NCBI GenBank assembly: GCA_036501045.1
Contig: DASYAX010000407.1
Span: 8,670-72,669, forward strand
DNA: 64,000 nt
Reading direction: 5' to 3'
Origin: Bryobacteraceae bacterium
Lineage (GTDB): Bacteria; Acidobacteriota; Terriglobia; Bryobacterales; Bryobacteraceae
In this document: positions 27,623 through 36,784 of the stretch, piece after piece
How the letters are laid out: each line of letters starts with the position of its first letter
How positions within the stretch are numbered: position 1 is the stretch's first letter
Notes under the pieces: model-generated
Seen by the model: only the letters and a program-made list of their open reading frames with translations
The model's database searches: none
Told to the model about the DNA's origin: nothing
Translations under genes and position numbers: made by a program

Positions 27623-30031
27623 CTATTCTTCGCGCAACGCTTTGAGTGGCTCGATCCGCGAAGCGCGCCACGCCGGCAGATAGCTGGCGGCTAGAGCCAC
27701 ACTGGTTAGTAGCGCAATCATCGTCAGATAAGTCGCGGGATCCTCCGTTGAAACGTGAAAGAGCTGCGACTGTAGCAAGCGCGTAACAGCGATGGCTCCG
27801 AACCCGCCAACCACGATGCCAATACCGGTCAGCTTGAGCGCCTGCCCCAGCACCATGCGCAGGATCTGTTCCCGAGGCGCGCCTAGCGCAACGCGCAAGC
27901 CGATCTCCGCCGTACGTTGCGTCACCGCATAAGCCAACACGGCGTAAATGCCGATCACGGCGAGCAGCATCGCGAGACCCGCGAAGACCGAGATCAGCTC
28001 GCTGCTGAAGCGCGGTGTGGAAACCACGGTGGCCAGATGATTCTCCATTGTGCTGAGCTTTAGAGAGGCCTCGGGATTCATCGTACGCACCTTACGGCGA
28101 ACCGCCGCAGCGAGAGAAAGCGGATTCTCGCCCGCCCTCACAATTACGCGTGCATTCTGGCGCGGATGTTGCAAGTACGGCATATAGATTTCTGCACCGG
28201 GCGCTTTGGCTGGACCGTCCATATGAACATCGCGCACCACCCCCACGATTTTCATCCATTTCATCGATGTAAGGTCAAGGCCGCACAGGATGGTCTGCCC
28301 AACGGGATCGCGCCGCGCAAAGGGCCGCCGCGCCAGAGCCTCGCTGATGATGGCGACAGGCAGCGCGCTCGCGTCATCGCGGTCTGAGAAGGTGCGCCCC
28401 TCGGCTAGCGGGATTTTCATGGCATTGAAATAGTCCGCTGAGACGACGCTAAAACCCGCTTCCGGACCGCCGAGTCTCATGTCATTCAGGCTCTGGCCGC
28501 TAATTACGTAACTGCCGTCTGAGCGCGTGTCGGTTTCTCCGGGAAGAGTTTGGGTCAAAGCGGCGGCTTGCACACCCGGAATCGTCGAGAGGCGTGCCAG
28601 CAGCGGCTTATAGAAAACTTCATTCGCCCGGTCTGAAGAAACGACAGGCACGCTCAGTTCCGCCACCAGCAGACGGTTCGGCCGGAAGCCCATATCCACC
28701 GAGGTCAGAGCCGAGAAGCTCTTGAGCAGGAGTCCGGCTGAAACAAGCAGGATCATGCACAAGGCAACCTCGGCGGTCACGAACACCCGGCGCAGCCGGC
28801 CCGTGACGCTGCCAAGAACTCCGCGGGCATTCCCGCGCAAGCCTTGACTGGGATCAACTCGTGAGGCCTGAAAAGCCGGAGCAAGGCCGAACAGGAGGCT
28901 GGCGGCAAACCCGCAGCCAGCACAAAAGAGGAGCACCTGCAAATCCACCGTCACCTGATCAAGACGCGGAACAAAGCGCGGCGCGGCCGCAACCAGCAGC
29001 GGCAAAACCGCTTTGGCAAGTAGCACGCCCGCGCCACAACCAGCGGCCCCGAGCAACAGACTCTCTACAAGCAACTGGCGCACGATGCGGGCACGCCCGG
29101 CCCCCAGAGCGGCGCGGATGGCAAGTTCACGGACACGTCCGGCTCCCCGCGCCAACAGCAGATTGGCTACATTGGCGCACGCAATGGCCAGCACGAGCGC
29201 CACAGCCGCGAGCAAAACATACAAGCTGGTTTTCACATTGCGGACCGTGAAGTTCACCAGCGGCGTCACGAAAGAGCTGGTGCCTTTGTTGGTGCCTGGA
29301 TAAGCTTTGGCCAGGCGCTCGCCGAGAGCCGAAAGCTGTACTTGCGCCTGCTCCACCGTCACTCCACGCTTCAGCCGGCCGACTACCCGGTAATTGTGGC
29401 CGCCTCGATTGGTGCTTGCCAGGTTCTCCGAAAAAGGCAGCCAAATCTCGGTCCCGGATTCCTCCGGAAAATGAAACCCAGCCGGAAGAATTCCGACGAT
29501 CTCGCTCGCCCCGCCCCAGCTCTTCACCGTATGGCCGCCCGAGAAAGCGGCGTCGCCAAAATGCCGTTGCCAGAAACTGGCGCTAACCAGCGCGGCATGC
29601 GCCTTGCCTGGTATCCACTCCTCCCGGGTAAAGGCGCGTCCCTGGATCGGCTGAACGCCCAGGGCGCGTAGGAAATCTTCGGAGATTTCCGCCACGCCCG
29701 TAAACTCCGAGTACGAGTCCGCCCCTGCTGTGGTGACGACGCTGGTCACGCCGGAACTGTAAGCGGCCATGGAGGCGAAGGCGCTCGTCTGGCTTCGCCA
29801 ATCAAGAAAATCCGGGCCGGAAACTTGGCCGTAATTACTCCGATTGCGGAACACCGTGCTGATGGAGACCAGCCGATCCGGGTCCGGATAGCCGAGCGGC
29901 CGCAGAATGACCGAGTGCACCACGCTGAAAATGGCCGTATTGGCGCCGATGCCGAGGGCGAGAATAGCAATCGCCAGCAGCGTGAAGCCCGGACTGCGGG
30001 CGAGCGAGCGAAGAGCGAATTTGGTGTCCAT
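27623..30031 (-). CDS. ADOP-family ABC-type permease (duplicated MacB periplasmic core plus FtsX domains) with no adjacent ATPase
   Basis: 802 aa. The N-terminus FALRSLARSPGFTLLAIAILALGIGANTAIFSVV is typical of MacB-like permeases. Two FtsX-like 4-TM modules are present. Confidence 0.85.
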   Translation of the reverse strand: MDTKFALRSLARSPGFTLLAIAILALGIGANTAIFSVVHSVILRPLGYPDPDRLVSISTVFRNRSNYGQVSGPDFLDWRSQTSAFASMAAYSSGVTSVVTTAGADSYSEFTGVAEISEDFLRALGVQPIQGRAFTREEWIPGKAHAALVSASFWQRHFGDAAFSGGHTVKSWGGASEIVGILPAGFHFPEESGTEIWLPFSENLASTNRGGHNYRVVGRLKRGVTVEQAQVQLSALGERLAKAYPGTNKGTSSFVTPLVNFTVRNVKTSLYVLLAAVALVLAIACANVANLLLARGAGRVRELAIRAALGAGRARIVRQLLVESLLLGAAGCGAGVLLAKAVLPLLVAAAPRFVPRLDQVTVDLQVLLFCAGCGFAASLLFGLAPAFQASRVDPSQGLRGNARGVLGSVTGRLRRVFVTAEVALCMILLVSAGLLLKSFSALTSVDMGFRPNRLLVAELSVPVVSSDRANEVFYKPLLARLSTIPGVQAAALTQTLPGETDTRSDGSYVISGQSLNDMRLGGPEAGFSVVSADYFNAMKIPLAEGRTFSDRDDASALPVAIISEALARRPFARRDPVGQTILCGLDLTSMKWMKIVGVVRDVHMDGPAKAPGAEIYMPYLQHPRQNARVIVRAGENPLSLAAAVRRKVRTMNPEASLKLSTMENHLATVVSTPRFSSELISVFAGLAMLLAVIGIYAVLAYAVTQRTAEIGLRVALGAPREQILRMVLGQALKLTGIGIVVGGFGAIAVTRLLQSQLFHVSTEDPATYLTMIALLTSVALAASYLPAWRASRIEPLKALREE

Positions 30032-30173
30032 TTGTCTGGTTAGAGAAGCACTCGACCTTCCCTGCCCGCCCTTGGAACGAAAGGTGTTTGCCGCGCCAGC
30101 TGTGCGGCTATGGGAAGCGACTGGTCGATTTCATACCCGCCAAGGCATGTTATTTTGAAATCTGCCTCTTAGT

Positions 30174-30250
30174 GGGCTCTTAGCTCAGTTGGTTAGAGCG
30201 CTTCCTTGACACGGAAGAGGTCGGATGTTCGAGTCATCTAGAGCCCACCA
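30174..30250 (+). tRNA. tRNA-Val (anticodon GAC), CCA encoded
   Basis: Cloverleaf read by hand: acceptor GGGCTCT/AGAGCCC, D arm GCTC/GAGC, anticodon stem CTTCC/GGAAG with loop TTGACAC (GAC at 30208-30210), T arm GGATG-TTCGAGT-CATCT, discriminator A plus CCA. Confidence 0.9.
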
Positions 30251-30447
30251 TCGCACCGGGATCGAAGTAGAATCCGCACAAGCGGCACGACATTTCGAGA
30301 AGCCGCCTTCAGTCTCTATTTGGCCAGAAGGCAAGGTTAAGTGAAAGCTACCAAGTTAGGCAGAACGGCCTCTGCGTTCAGCTTGTGTTCTGAAACCATT
30401 ATTAACATTACGGCCCGGATCCGTTCATGTTAACTCACCATCGCACC
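30246..30447 (+). repeat. 12-bp direct repeat CACCATCGCACC: one copy spans the tRNA-Val 3' end, the second lies 190 bp downstream
   Basis: Exact copies at 30246-30257 and 30436-30447. The sequence between them is comparatively AT-rich and non-coding. Confidence 0.5.
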
Positions 30448-30507
30448 TGAATTTACTTGAGAGCCTATTCAGAGATGGGATAGCATCGAACCTCCAGGGA
30501 GGCCACC

Positions 30508-33500
30508 ATGCTGCGTCTGCATCGGACCGCCGGTTTACTTCTTTGTCTATCGCTCGCAATCAGCCTTTGCCGGGGTCAAGCCGGTCGCGGAGGAATCAGC
30601 GGAATCGTTACCGACAAGTCCGGAGCGGTCGTGCCGGGGGCGGCCATGAAACTGACCGACGTAGCGACCGATGTTTCCCGCACGATGGAGACCAGTTCAA
30701 GCGGACTCGATTCATTCACTGCGCTGGTTCCCGGCAGCTATGCCCTCACGGTCACAATGACTGGTTTTCAAGAGGCGGTCAACCGAGCCGTACCGGTCGA
30801 AGTAGACCGGGTCTCGACAGTCAATTTCGTGCTCAATCCAGGGAATCTCGTCCAAAGCGTCGACGTCACCGGATCGTCGGGAACGCTTGCTCAATACCAG
30901 CGATTCGACGGTGGGCGAGATTATCGATAACAAAACGCTCGAAAGCGTGCCCCTGAATGGCCGTGATGTCTTCCTGCTGGTCCAGCTAAGCCCCGGCGTA
31001 ATTCCGGCGGATGGATCGCTCAACTCCACCGGCGAGTGGAACCGGCCTGGAATCGGCGTCTCGGCGTTCAAGATCAATGGCGTGCACGAAGGCAGTCTGG
31101 CTTATGTGTTGGACGGAAGTCCGTTGACGGTGGCGGGTTATGGCACGTCATCGACCTCACCGGCGCTTACTCCACCGTTGGATGCCACGCAGGAGTTTCG
31201 TTTGGTAACCAGCAACATGACAGCCTCGGTCGCCAGCTCGGGATCAGGAGTCCTGAGCCTCGTGAGCAAGTCCGGCACGAACCAATTCCACGGTTCGGCT
31301 TTCTATTTCCGCCGTCCTGACGGCCTGGATGCGAACGACCCCTTTACCAAGGCCGCGCAGATTCAGGCGGGCGAAGAGAACACCCCGCCGCCGTTTCACC
31401 GTAATCAGTGGGGAGGCAGCATCGGCGGGCCAATCAAGAAGGACAAGCTGTTCTTCTTCGGCGACTACGAAAACACCAGAGCGCGAGGACTGTCGACGCT
31501 GACAACCACGCTGCCCACGGAAGCCGAGCGGAAAGGCGATTTTTCCGGCGTGCCCACCATCTACAATCCATTTGACGTAAGCGCTGCCGGAGCGAGAATG
31601 CCCTTCGCGGGAAATCAAATTCCGGCGAGCATGTTCAATCAAACGGCACTGAAGCTGCAAAATGTTTACCCGTCACCCAATCAGGCCGGTAAGGGCGCCT
31701 ACCATAACAACAACTACTTCGACGCGTCCACCACGCCGAATGACGCCGACAAGTTTGATGTCCGCCTGGATTACTACAAGAGCGAACGCCAGCAGATTTT
31801 CGGCCGTTATTCATTCGCGCAGATGGTCTACGGAACAGCCGATCACTACCACAACGGCGCCGATCCAAGCTATTATGCCGACCATACGCGCGGGCAGAAC
31901 GTCTTGCTCGCCGACAATATCACCATCAATCCAAGCACGCTTTTGCAGATGCGATATTCGTTCACGCGCCATGCCGAAGCACAATCCGCTCCTCCGATTC
32001 CGGATGGATATGACCTGGTCTCGCTGGGCTTCCCGAGTTTCATGGCATCGGCTGAATCCACGCCCGCGATTCCCAATATCGGTATCGGCGGGTTGAATGG
32101 CGTCGGGTCTGCCACCTGGGCCACGGGATTCAAATTCATTAGCATGAATCATGATGTGACCGTGTCCTTGGATGCCCTTCGCGGCCGTCATGATTTCAAG
32201 TTCGGCTTCGAATACAGAAAGGACTTGGAAAACATAGGGCAGCCGATCGCGCCTGCCGGAGCTTACTATTTCGACAACACAGCCACCAGCTCCACCACCT
32301 TTGCCAACGATGGATATGGATACGCATCGTTCCTGTTAGGCATGGGAAGCCCCTACGAGGGAACCAATTTCACGCAGGATCCATTCGTTGCACAAGCCAG
32401 CCCTTACTATGGATCGTTCGTGGAAGACGTATTTCGAGCGACCGACAACTTGACGCTAACTTTCGGGCTCCGATGGGACATTTTCGGAGGCCGCACTGAG
32501 CGCTACAACCGGCTGGAGTACTTCGATCCCAATGCCTCCTATACCGTCAATGACGTGACGATGAAAGGTGGTGAGGTGTTCGTCAAGGATGGCGCGAGCC
32601 CCTTTGACGCGAACATGAGGAACTTTGCTCCGCGCTTCGGCCTGGCTTGGCGGCCCTTTAACAGGTTGCTGTTCCATGGCGGCTTCGGGATCTTCTAGCG
32701 CAATCGGGGTCGGGTTGCCGTTCGACGATACGGACTCCTTCTCGAGCTCGAATTATTGGAACGCGGTTAGTTATGACCAGTTCGGCAATACGGTAATGCG
32801 CAGCCCGCTCAACAATCCGTTCCCGAACGGACTGGTGCCGTTGAGTGCGGGATCCGCCGGGCTCGCGACCAATCTCGGCAACTCGATCACGACGGTCATG
32901 AGGAACCGCCCGGACGCGACCGTCTACAACTGGAACACCGGATTCCAATACGAATTTCCCCATGGCATCCTGGCTACAGCCGATTACGTTGGCAGCCGCG
33001 GTCTGCATTTGATTTCGGGTAACGGCGGCGCCAGCGCAAATCTGAATCAGCTCTCTCTCGGACAAATTGCTCAGTATGGGTCGAGTTTGCTAAATCAGGT
33101 GCCGAACCCCTATGTAAACGCGATCACCGATCCCACCGCACCGTTCTATGGCCAGGCGACGATCCCGCTCTGGCAGGCTCTTGCCGAATATCCGCAGTAT
33201 GCCACTGGTGCCCCGAACGGCGGCGCGGGCATCAGTCTCATGCCGCTCGGCGACTCGATCTATCATGCCGTATCCCTCAAGCTGGAAAAGCGGCTGACCA
33301 GTCACTTCATGACAACCGCCTCCTTTACGGGCGGAAAAGTGATTGGCGTCGGGACCGGCCCCTACGCCTACGTGCTGCAGAGCGCAGGCTTTCAGGATAC
33401 GAAGAATATAAACCTCGATCGCTCTGTGGATCCGCAAGACGTGAGCCGTGCATTCACCTGGGCCATGTTCTATGATCTGCCAATCGGCCACGGACGCTTC

Positions 33501-33992
33501 ATCAGCCCTGGCAACCGCTGGATGGATCTTACGGTTGGAGGATGGACCGTGAACACTGTGCTCAGCCTCAGCACTGGCACTCCGATCGTCACAAGTGGAA
33601 GCTTTCCGAATCAGAGTCAATTCTTCAGCCAGCGGCCGGACCTGGTCTGCGACCCGTCTACTGGAGCTCTCCATACAGCTCAGCAATGGTTTACTTCGAA
33701 TTGTTTTGCGGCCCCAGCCAGTCCCTACATAGCGGGGACGGCCCCTCGCACCCTTTCGCAGGTGCGTGCGGATGGCATTCATAATCTCGATCTGTCCCTT
33801 TTCAAGAACTTTCGCTTTACGGAGCAGATGAATGTCCAGTTCCGGGCGGAGTTCTTCAACTTCACCAATTCTGTTCAGCTAGGCAAACCAAATGCCAATT
33901 GGAATCCGAATAATCTTGCGACATTCGGCCAGATCACTTCTGCGGCGAGCACACCGCGACAAGTGCAGTTTGGGGTACGATTCGAATTCTGA
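30508..33992 (+). pseudogene. TonB-dependent-receptor-like OMP (CarboxypepD_reg type) interrupted by two frameshifts
   Basis: Three consecutive ORFs in frames 1, 2 and 0 read through as one protein. The first junction is ...VDVTGSSGTL | LNTSDSTVGEIIDNKTLESVPLNGRD (near 30885-30892). The second is ...FHGGFGIF | SSAIGVGLPF... (near 32690-32698). It is a paralogue of the intact gene at 6217-9048. Confidence 0.75.
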
Positions 33993-33993
33993 G

Positions 33994-35400
33994 GTGAGAA
34001 GTCCGAAGCTTTTTGGATCGCGCGCCATGGCGGCGGCCGTCTGTCTCGCGTGCTGTTTATTTTGCGGACAGGCCGAACTCCTGGCAGAGAACGCATCGTC
34101 CGCCTACCGGGAAGTTCGCAGACTCATCGACGAAGGGCGCTACACCGACGCGGAACGTCTGATCGGCGCGCAGCTTCAGCAGCACCTCTCGGACCCGGTC
34201 GGCATCGGCGTGCTCGCACTCATTCTCGACTTCGAGGGGCGCCATGGGGAGGCGGAGGTCTGCTTTCAAAAGGGCCTCAGGATGGCACCTGATTCGATCT
34301 TCCTGCTCAACAATCTTGGCCGTCATTACGTGTCCTTGAAGCGCTTTCCGGAGGCGCGGGATGCCTTTGCGAAAGCTCTGGCGCTCGATGCTTCGAATGC
34401 ATTCGCGCTGCTCGAGTTGGCGCAACTCGACTTGAATATAGGGAAACCCGGAACGGCTCTCGACTATTTGAATCGCCTCCCGGGTTCGGTGGCGGAGCAG
34501 TCCACGACGGTTCTGTTGCGAGCGCGGGCTTTGCATCTTAGCGGCGACGATACCACAGCGGCGAATCTTCTCGACAAAATGGAGGCGTCCGGCCCGAGCC
34601 GCGCTTCGCTGTACTTTTCGGCCGGGCTCCTGCTGGCGGAGTGCCGGCGCTATCGCGAAGCGCAGCGAGCTTTTGTGCGAGCTCTGGATGCGGATCCAGC
34701 CAGCTTCAATATTCAATACAACCTGGGCGTGGCGTCGGCTGAAGCGGGCGATCTTGACCGCGCTCGCGAGATCTTCGAACATGCCTTGGCGCGGCGTTCC
34801 GATGACGTCGATTGCATGCTGCAGTTGGCCTTGGTCTATCAACAAAAGCTGGATTTCGATCGCAGTCTCCCCATCCTCATGCGCGCGACTGTCCTCGCTC
34901 CCAAACGGCTGGACATTCTAGCCGCAATTGCGTTCGCCACGGAGAAGCTTGGCATGTATGGCGACACCGCGCAGGCTTGGGACCGCTATCTTCAGATTCA
35001 GCCGGATGACGATATCGCGCGCCGTGAAAAAGGCTTTGCCCTGGCGAGTGGCGACGATCATCCGGAGAAAGGCTTGGAGGATTTGCGCTGGTTTCAGCGG
35101 AAGCATCCCCAGGACGTGAAAGGCCTCTACGAATTGGCCATTGCGGAAGCAGTCGAACAGCCGGATCGGGCGCTCGAGCACCTGAACACGGCAGTTCAGG
35201 AGAAGCCTGACTCCCTGCCGGCCCGTTATGCGCGCGCCTCGCTCGAATACCAGGATGGGAAGCTGCAACAGGCCGAAGAAGACGCCGAATACGTTGTGAA
35301 GAGCGCGCCTGACAACGTTCGCGCGATCACTCTGTTGGCGCGTATCGATCTGCGCGCGAACCATGCCGAACGTGCTCTCAAATCCTTGGCCGAGGGTTGA
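33994..35400 (+). CDS. TPR-repeat protein
   Basis: GTG at 33994, or ATG at 34027 (MAAAVCLACCLFCGQAELLA, signal-like), followed by many TPR units. Confidence 0.7.
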   Translation: MRSPKLFGSRAMAAAVCLACCLFCGQAELLAENASSAYREVRRLIDEGRYTDAERLIGAQLQQHLSDPVGIGVLALILDFEGRHGEAEVCFQKGLRMAPDSIFLLNNLGRHYVSLKRFPEARDAFAKALALDASNAFALLELAQLDLNIGKPGTALDYLNRLPGSVAEQSTTVLLRARALHLSGDDTTAANLLDKMEASGPSRASLYFSAGLLLAECRRYREAQRAFVRALDADPASFNIQYNLGVASAEAGDLDRAREIFEHALARRSDDVDCMLQLALVYQQKLDFDRSLPILMRATVLAPKRLDILAAIAFATEKLGMYGDTAQAWDRYLQIQPDDDIARREKGFALASGDDHPEKGLEDLRWFQRKHPQDVKGLYELAIAEAVEQPDRALEHLNTAVQEKPDSLPARYARASLEYQDGKLQQAEEDAEYVVKSAPDNVRAITLLARIDLRANHAERALKSLAEG

Positions 35401-36749
35401 AGAGCGCTCCGAATGATCCTCAATTGCTGCTGCACTATAGCCAAGTGCTGCGGCGGCTCGGTCGTGCCGGCGAGGCCCGACAGGCAATCGACAAGCTGAA
35501 AGCTGCGGAAAGCAAGATCGAGCAACCTTCCTCGGAAGCCTGGGCCTTCGACCTTTACCGGCAGTCTCCTGGCGAGCAACGCACTCGATATATCGAAGCC
35601 TTGCGAAGGGAGCTTGTAGCTGATCCGGAAAACCCGCCGCTGCACTTGGCGCTTGCCTCAGCGCTGCTTTCGGAGAGTCATACCGGCGAAGCTGTTGCGG
35701 AATTGCGCAGCGCATCGCGATCGTCCGGCGATCCGGCAATCCAGGCGCGCTGCGGGCGAGAACTTTTGAAAGCCGGACATCCGGCTGCGGCAGCGGAGTT
35801 CCTCCGCTCAGCGGCTGTCGCAACGGTGCCTTCCGATGATCTGCTGTATGACCTCGCCGTAGCCGAGTTCCATGCAGCCGGCGCGGGCGAGGCGTTGGCG
35901 GCCCTCGATCGAATTCCCGAAGGAAAGCGGAGCGTGGAATATTATCTGCTCCGAGCCGAAATCCTGGACGCCTCCGACCGTTCTGCCGAGGCTGTCGCCT
36001 GGCTGGTCAAAGCTCAGGCCTTCCAGTGTCCCGGAGATGCCCGGCCCGAATTCTATCTGGAGTGGTCGAGTATGCTGCTGCTGCACGAACGCGGACGGGA
36101 TGCTCTGGAAGTGTTGCTGCTAGGCGAGAAGGCGTTCCCGCGGCAGCGGGAACTGCTCCTTGGGGAGGCGGTCGTTAACTTATCACAGGGTGACTCTGGA
36201 GCCGCATCGAGAATTCTCGCCGGCCTGGAGCGTCAATGGCCGGAGTGGAGCCGCCTCCATCTCGTGAAGGGAGCGATACTCGCCAATCGAGGCAATGTGC
36301 CCGGCGCGTTGAATGCGTTCAAGGTCACGACGACCATGGCACCCGCGATGGCGGGCGCGGCCTGTTATATGGCTGCCGCCCTGTTGCATGGAAACTCGGT
36401 GGACCGGGAAAAATGGTCCGGAACTGCGGCGGAGTTGATCGGAGTGGAACCGAATCATCCGTTTTGCCGGCTGCTTGCCGGCACGATCGCTCATTCCAGT
36501 GAGGATTACAAGGCGGCATTACTGAATTTGGCCCCCATTGTTGCCACTCACCCCCGCTGGAAACAAGGCCATATCGCGATGCGTGACCTTTACCGTGCCC
36601 TTGGCCGGCCGCTGGATGCGGCCAGGGAAGAAAGCGCGGCGAAACAGGCTTCGGGACCCTCTCTACCAGAGATCGGCGGACCACTGGCAGCGGCGGGCTT
36701 GATGGGCGCAACGCTGAGGATTCCGTCCGCGGCCGGCGCCGTGCGATAG
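35397..36749 (+). CDS. TPR-repeat protein (possibly the 3' part of the preceding gene)
   Basis: The TTG start overlaps the preceding stop (TTGA). The text reads continuously across the junction (..KSLAEG / LKSAPNDPQLLLHY..). Confidence 0.6.
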   Translation: MKSAPNDPQLLLHYSQVLRRLGRAGEARQAIDKLKAAESKIEQPSSEAWAFDLYRQSPGEQRTRYIEALRRELVADPENPPLHLALASALLSESHTGEAVAELRSASRSSGDPAIQARCGRELLKAGHPAAAAEFLRSAAVATVPSDDLLYDLAVAEFHAAGAGEALAALDRIPEGKRSVEYYLLRAEILDASDRSAEAVAWLVKAQAFQCPGDARPEFYLEWSSMLLLHERGRDALEVLLLGEKAFPRQRELLLGEAVVNLSQGDSGAASRILAGLERQWPEWSRLHLVKGAILANRGNVPGALNAFKVTTTMAPAMAGAACYMAAALLHGNSVDREKWSGTAAELIGVEPNHPFCRLLAGTIAHSSEDYKAALLNLAPIVATHPRWKQGHIAMRDLYRALGRPLDAAREESAAKQASGPSLPEIGGPLAAAGLMGATLRIPSAAGAVR

Positions 36750-36784
36750 GAGCTTATAAGAACCGGCGAAGCCGAGCCAGTCCG

